Shown here: in pieces, positions 1-8,220 of the stretch
How positions within the stretch are numbered: the first letter of the stretch is position 1
How the letters are laid out: every line of letters starts with the position of its first letter
NCBI GenBank assembly: GCA_013387205.1
Contig: WARV01000005.1
Coordinates: forward strand, 27,924-91,923
Length of the DNA stretch: 64,000 nt
DNA from: Patescibacteria group bacterium
GTDB taxonomy: Bacteria; Patescibacteriota; Doudnabacteria; UBA920
Reading direction: 5' to 3'
Position numbers and translations under genes: made by a program
Notes under the pieces: generated by a model
Database searches by the model: none
What the model was told of the DNA's origin: nothing
Seen by the model: the letters and a program-made list of their open reading frames with translations, nothing else

Positions 1-37
1 TCTGCGATTATCTGCGTATCAGTGGTAATATATTTTT

Positions 38-469
38 ATGTTCATAGGCGAGTATCAAGGTACAATTGATGAAAAGGGCAGGATCTCCATTCCTTCAAAG
101 TTCAGGTCCCAGCTTAAATCCAAAATTGTCGTCACCAGAGGATTGGACAATTCTTTATTTTTGTATGGGGTTGATGAATGGAAAAAGCTTGCGGAAAAAT
201 TGGCTAGTCTCCCAATTTCTACTGCCAACACCCGCGCTTTTTCCAGGTTGATGTTGGCGGGCGCAATGGACTGCGACGTCGACAAGCAGGGCAGGATCAT
301 TTTGCCGGGATATTTAAAAAACTTCGCCAAGATAAACAAGCATCTGGTTTTCGCAGGACTTTATAACCGTATTGAAATTTGGAGCGAAGAATTGTGGAAT
401 ATTTATAAGGAACAGACTGAAAAAGAAAGCACCAACATTGCCGAACAATTGGGAACCCTGGGTGTGTAA
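38..469 (+). CDS. mraZ: Transcriptional regulator MraZ
   Basis: 143 aa. Both halves show the duplicated MraZ fold (DEKGRISIPSKFR and DKQGRIILP). It is the first gene and sits directly upstream of rsmH, the classic dcw arrangement. Confidence 0.9.
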   Translation: MFIGEYQGTIDEKGRISIPSKFRSQLKSKIVVTRGLDNSLFLYGVDEWKKLAEKLASLPISTANTRAFSRLMLAGAMDCDVDKQGRIILPGYLKNFAKINKHLVFAGLYNRIEIWSEELWNIYKEQTEKESTNIAEQLGTLGV

Positions 470-536
470 ATTTTATCAGTTGTCCAATAAGTCCCATCAG
501 TACTATTTGACCTATAAGTCCTATCAATTTATTTAG

Positions 537-1490
537 ATGAATGATTACCACCACATCCCCGTATTGCTAAATGAAGTTATTAAGTACCTGGACCCGAAGC
601 CAGGGGAAAATTTCGTGGACGCGACTTTGGGCGGAGGGGGATATAGCCAGGCTATTTTAAAAAGAATACTTCCCAAAGGAAAACTGCTAGCGATAGATTT
701 GGATACTGAAGCGATAACAAATTTTGAAACAAATCTCAAATCACAAATCTCAAATCAAGAATCAGTAATTCTCGTTCACGACAATTTTAGAAATATAGAC
801 AAAATTGTTGAAAAGCACAAAATAAAAGGCGTGGATGGAATTGTGGCAGATATCGGACTCTCTTCCTACCAGTTAGACCAGTCGGGGCGGGGGATTACTT
901 TTCAAAAAAAAGAATTGCTGAACATGAGGTTTGATGCTTCGGTTGAACAGGTGGATGCGAAATTCATTTTAAACAATTACAGCTACCAGGAACTGGAAAA
1001 GATTTTTAAAGAATTCGGGGAAGAAAAATTCAGCAGGCAAATAGCCAAGAAAATCATAGAATTCAGAAGTAAGAATTCAGAATTAAGGTATACTACAGAT
1101 TTATATCAGGTTATAGAACAAGCGCTGCCAAAACCCGTAAAACACAAGGCGGCAGACAGTGCCAGAAGGATTTTCCAGGCATTGCGCATATCGGTTAACC
1201 ATGAATTGGATAATTTAAGAGAGCTGCTGGAAAAAGGGTTTGATTTGCTGGCGCCGGGCGGCAAGATGGGGATCGTGACGTTCCACTCGCTGGAAGACAG
1301 GATAGTAAAGCATTATTTTAAAGAATTAACAAAAGGCTGCATTTGCCCCATAGATTTTCCTAAGTGCGTATGCGGCAAAAATCCGCAAGGGCGGCTGGTG
1401 ACAAAAAAACCAGTAACCGCTTCTGCAGAAGAAATAAAAAATAACAGCCGGGCTAAGCCGGCAAAATTAAGGGTAATACAAAAAATTTAA
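537..1490 (+). CDS. rsmH: 16S rRNA (cytosine1402-N4)-methyltransferase RsmH/MraW
   Basis: 317 aa. SAM-binding GGGGYS motif, DIGLSSYQLD and FHSLEDR signatures. Follows mraZ. Confidence 0.9.
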   Translation: MNDYHHIPVLLNEVIKYLDPKPGENFVDATLGGGGYSQAILKRILPKGKLLAIDLDTEAITNFETNLKSQISNQESVILVHDNFRNIDKIVEKHKIKGVDGIVADIGLSSYQLDQSGRGITFQKKELLNMRFDASVEQVDAKFILNNYSYQELEKIFKEFGEEKFSRQIAKKIIEFRSKNSELRYTTDLYQVIEQALPKPVKHKAADSARRIFQALRISVNHELDNLRELLEKGFDLLAPGGKMGIVTFHSLEDRIVKHYFKELTKGCICPIDFPKCVCGKNPQGRLVTKKPVTASAEEIKNNSRAKPAKLRVIQKI

Positions 1491-1495
1491 ATTAA

Positions 1496-1657
1496 GAAGT
1501 AGTCTCAAAATCTCATTTTGGCTGCAATTTCAGAATTTCGACATCTTGCCGCAAAAAATTTATTCCGCTTAGCTTTAGCTAAACATCAAAATTTATTTGC
1601 GTCAATCTGCCCGAAATTCTGAAATTTCGCCTGAAAAGCAGCTTTTGAGACTACTTC
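1496..1657. repeat. MITE-like repeat, short subfamily (copy A)
   Basis: ~162 bp intergenic element bounded by terminal inverted repeats gaagtagtctcaaaa...ttttgagactacttc. The same element recurs at 13826-13988, and an extended form at 7245-7450 and 26635-26839. Confidence 0.7.
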
Positions 1658-1677
1658 TGGCCTAAAAAAAACAAAAA

Positions 1678-2061
1678 ATGACAAAAGCAATAGCCTCTCA
1701 AAACATCCTTTTATCCTTCATGCCGCTTAAGGCTGCAAGGAAAGTTAAATTCGCGCAACAGGACAACCGGACCATTTACTGGGCTTCGGTTGTGTTTTTG
1801 GCATTGAACATGGTAATGCTCGGAAGCTATTTGGCGGGAGTTAATAGTTACGCCGCGTCCGGATATGAAATTAAGAAGATGCAGACCAGGCTCGACAGCC
1901 TCAATGAAGAAAACAAAAAATTGACCATTAAGGTTTCCGAAGTTTCCTCCATTGCCAGCGTCCAGTCCAATTTCCAAAATTCTGACTACGTCCCTGCCGG
2001 CACCCCTAAATTCCTTGAGGTTAACCAGTTCTCCCAGTTGCCAAGCTCTTCAAGATACTAA
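1678..2061 (+). CDS. FtsL-like cell division membrane protein
   Basis: 127 aa with one TM helix (YWASVVFLALNMVMLGSYLAGV) followed by a coiled coil (KKMQTRLDSLNEENKKLTIKV). It occupies the ftsL position between rsmH and ftsI. Confidence 0.5.
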   Translation: MTKAIASQNILLSFMPLKAARKVKFAQQDNRTIYWASVVFLALNMVMLGSYLAGVNSYAASGYEIKKMQTRLDSLNEENKKLTIKVSEVSSIASVQSNFQNSDYVPAGTPKFLEVNQFSQLPSSSRY

Positions 2062-2079
2062 AATATAAAAAGGACGCGA

Positions 2080-2345
2080 ATTTCGCTATCCGCTAACTGG
2101 CGGAGGCGGAGCGAAATGAAATCAAATTGTCATTGCGAGGAGTCCGGAGTGCATCCGACCCATTCGATTTCACTCAGGGTCGGCCTGAGCAAGGTCGAAC
2201 GGCCGACGGGCGACGTGGCAATCTATTTGTGTAAAGATCCTTCGTCTTTCAAACACTAATGAAAGGCTCAGGATGACGCCAAGGGCGTTAAGATTGCTTC
2301 GCTTCGCTCGCAATGACACTGGATAATTACAACTGTCATTCGCAT
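2080..2345. repeat. Cluster of GTCATTGCGAG/CTCGCAATGAC palindromic units (REP-like family)
   Basis: Contains gtcattgcgag...ctcgcaatgac inverted termini, a ccgc-ta-actggcgg palindrome and the gattgcttcg motif. Related units occur at 9750-9912, 23985-24188, 50535-50648, 57440-57505 and 57805-58118. Confidence 0.55.
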
Positions 2346-2353
2346 TATGCCTT

Positions 2354-4084
2354 ATGGTTTCCAAACATCCGCAAAAAAACATATTCAGGTCCAGGCTGGC
2401 CGTTTTGACGGCTTTTTTATTGCTGGTTTTTCTTACCGTAATCTTCAGGCTGTTTAGCCTACAGGTAATCCGCGGCAGGCAAAACAGGCTCATGGCCGAA
2501 CAGCAGCACAGCATCTATAAAAAATTGCTGCCCAGCAGGGGAGAGATAAAAATTATTGACCAGTCCACTTTAGAAGCCAGCCCGCTTGCCACCAACATCA
2601 AAAAATACCTGGTTTACGCCGTGCCGGATGAAATAACCGACCCGGCGGTTGCGGCCAAAAGCTTGTCTGAAGCAATACAGCTTCCGGAAAAAGATTTGGA
2701 AGAAAAAATTTCCAACAAGGAAAAGAAATACGTTCCTTTAAAAAAACAGCTCACGGATGGCGAGCAGCAGAAAATTAAGGACTTAAACTTGTCCGGGATT
2801 TATTTTGATTCCGAAGAAACCAGGTTTTATCCGGAGAAAAATTTGCTCAGCCATGTGTTGGGATTTGTCGGTTACAAGAGCGATAAGAAAGTCGGACTTT
2901 ACGGTTTGGAAAGGTATTTTGAAAAAGATTTGGCTGGCAAAGGCGGCAGCTTGAAAGAAGAGAAAGATACGGCCGGAGCCTGGATTTTCGGCTCTAAAAG
3001 GGAAATTAGCCCGGCAGAAGACGGCATCAACTTAGTTTTGACAATAGACAAGACCATCCAGTTTAAAGTGGAAAGCGTGCTTAAAAACGCGGTTACCAAA
3101 AACGGGGCGGATTCAGGATCGGTGGTAGTTGCAGACCCCAAAACCGGAGCTATTTTAGCAATGGCCAACTATCCGGATTTTAATCCTAACGAATACAATA
3201 AAGTTGAGAATATCGGGATTTTTTCCAACGAAGCGGTAATGGGCAATTACGAACCGGGATCCGTGTTTAAGCCTATAACCATGGCTGCTGTCATTGACCA
3301 GGGTGCGGTTACGCCCGACACCACTTATAACGATACGGGAGCCGTGGTTATTGACGGCTATACCATAAAGAATTCCGATAACAAAGGGCATGGCATCCAG
3401 ACTATGACCCAGGTTTTGGAAAAATCTTTGAACACTGGAGTGATTTTTGCCAAAGACCAAATCGGCAACGATGCATTTTTCAGTTACATCAAAAATTTCG
3501 GCTTTGGTAAGGAGACAGGGATTGAGCTTCCTGAGCAAAAGGGGAATTTGGATAACTTAAAAGCCAACATCAAAGTGAATTTTGACACGGCCAGTTTCGG
3601 GCAGGGGATTTCCGTTACGCCTATTCAATTAATTCAAGCTTTTACTGCCATTGCCAATGAAGGCAAAATGATGAAGCCGTTTATTGTCCGGGAAAAAATT
3701 AACGCGTATGGCGATGTGGCGGTTACGCAGCCCGAGGAGGTTAAGGACGTGGTTTCCGCCAAGACTGCCAACACCGTAGCAGCCATGATGGTTAACGTGG
3801 TGGAAAACGGGCATGGGAAAAAGGCGGGTGTGCCGGGATTTTATATTGCGGGAAAAACCGGAACCGCGCAGGTGCCGAAAAAGGATGGGCGCGGCTATGA
3901 AGAAAATAACAACATCGGTTCATTCATCGGGTTTGGCCCGGTAGATAACCCGAAATTTTTAATGCTGGTCAGGGTTGACCATCCTCGGGACGTGAATTTC
4001 GCGGAGAGTACCGCAGCCCCGGCTTTCGGCGAACTGGCACAATTTATCTTGAATTATTACCATATAGAACCGACTAGGAAATAA
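2354..4084 (+). CDS. ftsI: Class B penicillin-binding protein (peptidoglycan D,D-transpeptidase FtsI/PBP2)
   Basis: 576 aa with an N-terminal TM segment and transpeptidase motifs GSVFKP (SxxK), SDN and KTGTAQ. Lies downstream of the ftsL-like gene in the dcw cluster. Confidence 0.9.
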   Translation: MVSKHPQKNIFRSRLAVLTAFLLLVFLTVIFRLFSLQVIRGRQNRLMAEQQHSIYKKLLPSRGEIKIIDQSTLEASPLATNIKKYLVYAVPDEITDPAVAAKSLSEAIQLPEKDLEEKISNKEKKYVPLKKQLTDGEQQKIKDLNLSGIYFDSEETRFYPEKNLLSHVLGFVGYKSDKKVGLYGLERYFEKDLAGKGGSLKEEKDTAGAWIFGSKREISPAEDGINLVLTIDKTIQFKVESVLKNAVTKNGADSGSVVVADPKTGAILAMANYPDFNPNEYNKVENIGIFSNEAVMGNYEPGSVFKPITMAAVIDQGAVTPDTTYNDTGAVVIDGYTIKNSDNKGHGIQTMTQVLEKSLNTGVIFAKDQIGNDAFFSYIKNFGFGKETGIELPEQKGNLDNLKANIKVNFDTASFGQGISVTPIQLIQAFTAIANEGKMMKPFIVREKINAYGDVAVTQPEEVKDVVSAKTANTVAAMMVNVVENGHGKKAGVPGFYIAGKTGTAQVPKKDGRGYEENNNIGSFIGFGPVDNPKFLMLVRVDHPRDVNFAESTAAPAFGELAQFILNYYHIEPTRK

Positions 4085-4215
4085 CACATCTACTAAATAC
4101 TAATATATACTAAAGATACTAAAGCTATATACCAATAGTGATACCAATTAAGTATACTTGATGTGATTTAGTATATTTAGTACCTTTTAGTATTTAGTAG
4201 AGAAATTAGTAGAGA
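4085..4215. repeat. Word-palindrome array built from inverted tactaaa/tttagta 7-mers
   Basis: The left half carries four tactaaa words and the right half four tttagta words. The right arm (4160-4215) is the exact reverse complement of 52268-52305. Confidence 0.5.
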
Positions 4216-4277
4216 TGGTTTGATTTATTTCGAAATAATGCTAAAATAACAACAATATTTAGCAATTAAATTTACCT

Positions 4278-5267
4278 ATGCCACAGACAATACAAAAACC
4301 ATTAGCCGAACTGCATGCCCATTTGGGAGGTTCGGTGGATCCTGTTATACTTTGGTCCATTGCCCATCGCCAGGGAATCAAGCTGCCTAGCAAGAATTTT
4401 TGGGATTTTGAAGACATGATCACCATGACGGGCAAGGAGAAGAACAAGAACCTGGACGAGATGCATAATAATTTTTACCACTGGACGGAATTGATCACCT
4501 CTTCGCCCGAAGCTGTAGAAGAGGTGGTTAAAAGCGTTATCGGTGGAGGATACAGGAAATGCAATATCGTTTTGAACGAGTTAAGGTTTAACCCGATGTT
4601 CCGCAACAGGGGCGGCGAGCGCGATTTGGACCATATTATTTTAGCGTCTTTATGGGGAGTGGAGCGCGCAATTTTGGAATATCCCCAGGTTAAAGCCGGG
4701 GTGATTTTGATGGTAGATCGGATGTTAACTCTCGAGCAGAATTCCATCATTGTCAAAAAAGCCATCAAGCACAAAAGCGCAGGGGTTTTAGGCATTGATT
4801 TGGGCGGCCCTGACCGCAAGAACTTTTCCATAAAAGACCACGCGAACCTGTTTAAGGAAGCCAAGGCCGCGGATTTGGGAATTACCATCCATTCAGGGGA
4901 GGTCGGCAGTCTTGATGAGTTAAGGTTCGTGGTTGAAGAGATAAAACCGCACCGCATCGGCCACGGGATAATGTGCGTAAAGGACAAAGATCTAATGCGG
5001 AAAATTTCCAAGCAGGGGATTGTACTGGAAATTTGCCCGACGTCCAATTTAAAAAATAGCGTGGTAAAAAATTTAGCGGAGATGAAAAATATCATCCGCA
5101 CTTTGTTGAAACATAAGATAAAATTCACAATTAATACCGACGGGCCGGAAATGTATAACACGCATATTTATTCCGAGCAGGAAATGCTGGTTAAAAACAA
5201 GATTTTAACCCAAAAAGAAGTTGACCAGTGCACCAAATGGGCCTTTGAAGCGAGTTTTGTAAAATAA
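4278..5267 (+). CDS. Adenosine/AMP deaminase-family amidohydrolase
   Basis: 329 aa with N-terminal LHAHLGGS metal-ligand motif, HSGE and C-terminal TINTDGP (cf. SLNTDDP) motifs of the adenosine deaminase superfamily. Confidence 0.65.
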   Translation: MPQTIQKPLAELHAHLGGSVDPVILWSIAHRQGIKLPSKNFWDFEDMITMTGKEKNKNLDEMHNNFYHWTELITSSPEAVEEVVKSVIGGGYRKCNIVLNELRFNPMFRNRGGERDLDHIILASLWGVERAILEYPQVKAGVILMVDRMLTLEQNSIIVKKAIKHKSAGVLGIDLGGPDRKNFSIKDHANLFKEAKAADLGITIHSGEVGSLDELRFVVEEIKPHRIGHGIMCVKDKDLMRKISKQGIVLEICPTSNLKNSVVKNLAEMKNIIRTLLKHKIKFTINTDGPEMYNTHIYSEQEMLVKNKILTQKEVDQCTKWAFEASFVK

Positions 5268-5286
5268 ATAATTTAAAGATATTACA

Positions 5287-5326
5287 AGAGGCATCCTTTA
5301 TCAGATAAAGGATGCCTCTTGTTTTG
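5287..5326 (+). terminator. Rho-independent terminator hairpin
   Basis: agaggcatcctttatcagataaaggatgcctct is a 13-bp perfect stem followed by tgttttg. It lies between two convergent genes. Confidence 0.7.
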
Positions 5327-5367
5327 ATTTGTTCCTAAATTCTATATTCTGGATTCCATATTCTAAT

Positions 5368-5670
5368 CTATTCACACTCCGGCAATCCTAACAAATAATC
5401 CGTCTCTTGCCCGTTTACCAAAATACGCGCGTACTTTCTCCCTTCGGGATTCTTGCCCACGCTAACTTCCAATCTTTTAACTTGTGTCGGGTCTCTCGGG
5501 TCAATAATAAAAGCCGCGCCCTTGTTTTGGATAAAGTCGCACAACTCTACCTGGGTGTAGAACCCCTCAAAAACCGTACCGTCTTCTACCCAGTGGAAAT
5601 GCTCAATATCCCAAACATTAGGGCTTTCCAGTTGCCCCTCAACGCATTTTTTAGTAAGGATAATATGCAT
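5368..5670 (-). CDS. Hypothetical protein
   Basis: 100-aa ORF with coding-like composition and no recognisable motif. Confidence 0.4.
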   Translation of the reverse strand: MHIILTKKCVEGQLESPNVWDIEHFHWVEDGTVFEGFYTQVELCDFIQNKGAAFIIDPRDPTQVKRLEVSVGKNPEGRKYARILVNGQETDYLLGLPECE

Positions 5671-5754
5671 ACGGCAATCTTAGGCTGCTCGTGTACTTTT
5701 ACGCCTCTATCATATACCCCAAAAACGAAATTGGCAAATAGGTTAATTTTAAGC

Positions 5755-6423
5755 CTAAATCTCCAGTAATAGGCGATGGTGGCTGAGCCACTGCTTTGCT
5801 GTTTTGAAATTCGGATAATATTTTTTCACCTCGTACCAGAATTTTTTTGAATGGTTGTGGTGCAAGATGTGTGCCAGCTCATGGACCGCCACGTAATCTA
5901 TTATTTCGAGCGGCGCCATTATTAGCCTGAAAGAAAAATTCAATGTTTGCTGGCTGGAACACGATCCCCAGCGGGTTTTGGCAGAAGTAATGGAAAGGCT
6001 TTTATAGCTTATTCCCATTTTTTCCGCGTAGTAATCTACGCGCTGTTTTATTATTTTTTGCGCCTGGGCTTTATACCACTTCCTAAATAATTGCTTGGCT
6101 TGGCCTTGAAAATGGGAAGACAGGATGAATTTTTCCCCGTCAAAATTTAGCCGCCTAAAGTAACTATCCGAAATTATCAAACCATACTGCTGCCCTAAAA
6201 ATAAAAACTTATCATCCTGCGAAAAATTGATTACAGATGCCCTTGGAAGTTGCTTAAGTTTGGCAAGGTGCTTAAAAATCCAAGCCTGCTTGTCTTTAAC
6301 CATGCTATCAATCTGCTTCTCGCTCACAAATTTTGGAGCCCTGACGATTATTTGGCCGTCAGGCTTTATTGCCAAAGCAATAGTCCTTCTTTTTGACCTT
6401 AAAATTTTGTATGTAAAATCCAT
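5755..6423 (-). CDS. YgjP/DUF45-family metal-dependent hydrolase (WLM/M48-like)
   Basis: 222 aa. The C-terminal HELAHILHHNHSKKFW zinc-binding signature is typical of DUF45/YgjP. Confidence 0.75.
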   Translation of the reverse strand: MDFTYKILRSKRRTIALAIKPDGQIIVRAPKFVSEKQIDSMVKDKQAWIFKHLAKLKQLPRASVINFSQDDKFLFLGQQYGLIISDSYFRRLNFDGEKFILSSHFQGQAKQLFRKWYKAQAQKIIKQRVDYYAEKMGISYKSLSITSAKTRWGSCSSQQTLNFSFRLIMAPLEIIDYVAVHELAHILHHNHSKKFWYEVKKYYPNFKTAKQWLSHHRLLLEI

Positions 6424-6511
6424 AGCAGGAGAAATTTATCTGAAAATAGCAATTTAAGTGTTAAAAACAGCCGTCGTCCTTAATTATAGTTTAACATTAA
6501 ATCCACTAATT

Positions 6512-6970
6512 ATGATAAAAAGGCAATTTAGATATACTGCCACAGCAATTGCTGTTGCGGCAATTCTGGCGGTTTCTTCTTTTTGGCGGGTTTCGCCAAG
6601 TTTTGCCGAATCGGCAAAAACCATAGCTAAAAATGAAGCTGCTATTCAAGCTCTTCATTCCAAAGAGAGCAAATCCCAGCTTCAGGCGACAACTTATCCG
6701 GCTCCAAGCAGTAGCGCTAAAACCGCTCCGAATACCGCAACTCCTGGAAAATACAACCAGGCTCAAGTCATGAACACCTTAAAATTGCTTTGCGTTTATT
6801 CCAGCCAGAACTCCTCGGTAAACGCATTAAGGCAGCACTCTAATGTGGAAGTAACGAACATTTCCAACAACACGACCAGCTTAATTTCTTTGGATAGCTT
6901 CTGCTCCCAGGCGTCCAACGCGAATTACGCCAATACTGTCCAAATTAGAAGAGTGGAAATATTGTTTTAG
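6512..6970 (+). CDS. Secreted hypothetical protein (signal peptide, S/T/N-rich)
   Basis: Start is placed at the internal ATG giving MIKRQFRYTATAIAVAAILAVSSFW, a signal peptide. The remainder is low-complexity and S/T/N/A-rich. Confidence 0.5.
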   Translation: MIKRQFRYTATAIAVAAILAVSSFWRVSPSFAESAKTIAKNEAAIQALHSKESKSQLQATTYPAPSSSAKTAPNTATPGKYNQAQVMNTLKLLCVYSSQNSSVNALRQHSNVEVTNISNNTTSLISLDSFCSQASNANYANTVQIRRVEILF

Positions 6971-7007
6971 AAGATGATAAAAACGTCCCGGAAATTTCCG
7001 GGACGTT

Positions 7008-7226
7008 TTAAAATTTCGGCGCAAAAGCAGTGTAGGTTATCCCGTCACTGCCTAAGCGGGTAATGGTTTGCCAGCCGGCTTTTTGCGCCCAGTCTTTTAC
7101 CACGCCGTTTTTTTCTTCCTGGGGAAGGCGCGAAAAATTTTGCAACATTTCGTCGCTTGGATTTTCGTTAAAAGCTGCTTTGTATAAATCGTTAAAACTA
7201 AAAGCGCATTCTGGATATTTTTTCAT
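7008..7226 (-). CDS. Hypothetical small protein
   Basis: 72-aa ORF between a secreted-protein gene and a MITE copy. No motif recognised. Confidence 0.35.
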   Translation of the reverse strand: MKKYPECAFSFNDLYKAAFNENPSDEMLQNFSRLPQEEKNGVVKDWAQKAGWQTITRLGSDGITYTAFAPKF

Positions 7227-7244
7227 AAGTCTAGTGGTTTAATT

Positions 7245-7450
7245 AGAGCTGGTTTCAAAGCCTGCTTTTCAGGCGAAATTTCAGAATTTCGGGCAGATTG
7301 ACGCAAATAAATTTTGATGTTTAGCTAAAGCTAAGCGGAATAAATTTTTTGCGGCAAGATGAGCTTTAATGGCAATCTGGCTCTGCCAGTTGCCAGCTTA
7401 ACCCCAAAATTCTGGAATTGCAGCCAAAATGAGGTTTTGAGACCAGCTCT
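7245..7450. repeat. MITE-like repeat, long subfamily (copy B, inverted relative to copy A)
   Basis: ~206 bp. Terminal inverted repeats are agagctggtttcaaag...ttttgagaccagctct. The interior aligns with copy A in reverse complement and carries an extra ~45 bp (atgagctttaatggcaatctggctctgccagttgccagctt). Confidence 0.7.
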
Positions 7451-7657
7451 TGCAATAAGCCAAAAAACCGTCAATTTTAAGCGATTTTATCCTTAGTGGT
7501 AAAAGTAACCGGGTAGCAAAAATCATTGAAATTTAGCCATATTTTGCGCTAACGCAAAATCGCTATATTTGTACATTTTAGCACATTTAAGATGACGAAT
7601 CCAAAACAGGGTTTAATAATGAAAAGGGCACCGCGGGGGCGCGGTGCCCTGTTGTCC

Positions 7658-8131
7658 TTAAGTCCTGCTTTTGCAATAACGGTGTGCAAGGACTGCAAAT
7701 GCCAAGTCCCCAAACTCATTACCGCATGCTACTGCAACTGCCTGATCGATAGACGCCAGATATGCGACAGCGGCAATCGAAATTTTTAAAGCCCCGGTCG
7801 CTGTTTCGATGAAGAAAAACCTCCAGAACAGGGCTTTTATTATGAACACAATAGCCAGTTGGTACATGCTTGCGCGGCGTTGCCTCATCACCATAAACCA
7901 GTAGTATATGGCGGAATCAATTAGCCACACAAGGAACCCTACAACTAACACATTGTTGATGGACAGGTGGTGGAAAAACTTTGCGGCTGCTAAGGATAAA
8001 ATCCATGATCCAAAGTAGGCCGCAATGCTCCAAAGCATAAAATCCTCCCTTAACTCATCTCTCTTTCCTTTCTTTCCCAGTGTTACAACTATTGTGGATT
8101 TTAGCACAAAAAATAAAAAAACGAAATCCAC
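7658..8131 (-). CDS. Hypothetical membrane protein
   Basis: Multiple hydrophobic segments (e.g. LWSIAAYFGSWILSLAAAKFF and VVGFLVWLIDSAIYYWF). The true start is uncertain. Confidence 0.35.
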   Translation of the reverse strand: MDFVFLFFVLKSTIVVTLGKKGKRDELREDFMLWSIAAYFGSWILSLAAAKFFHHLSINNVLVVGFLVWLIDSAIYYWFMVMRQRRASMYQLAIVFIIKALFWRFFFIETATGALKISIAAVAYLASIDQAVAVACGNEFGDLAFAVLAHRYCKSRT

Positions 8132-8220
8132 AATTTGGTAGGGTTAAAAACCCCTGGTTTTCCTGGACAATAAGCTAATTTTATGGTAAATTAGGATACA
8201 AATTCCAAGGAGGCGGATTC

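Noticed and set aside
55-554. Track ORFs 55-339 (-), 66-251 (+) and 297-554 (-) overlapping mraZ
   Set aside because: They are shadow or alternative-frame ORFs within the well-supported mraZ gene.
2170-2514. Track ORF 2170-2514 (-), 114 aa
   Set aside because: It lies mostly within the palindromic-unit cluster and overlaps the ftsI start. Its Cys/Arg-rich odd composition is typical of translated GC-rich repeats.
4475-5161. Track ORF 4475-5161 (-), 228 aa, antisense to the adenosine deaminase-like gene
   Set aside because: It is fully contained in the opposite strand of a well-supported CDS. It has no motifs and looks like a shadow ORF.
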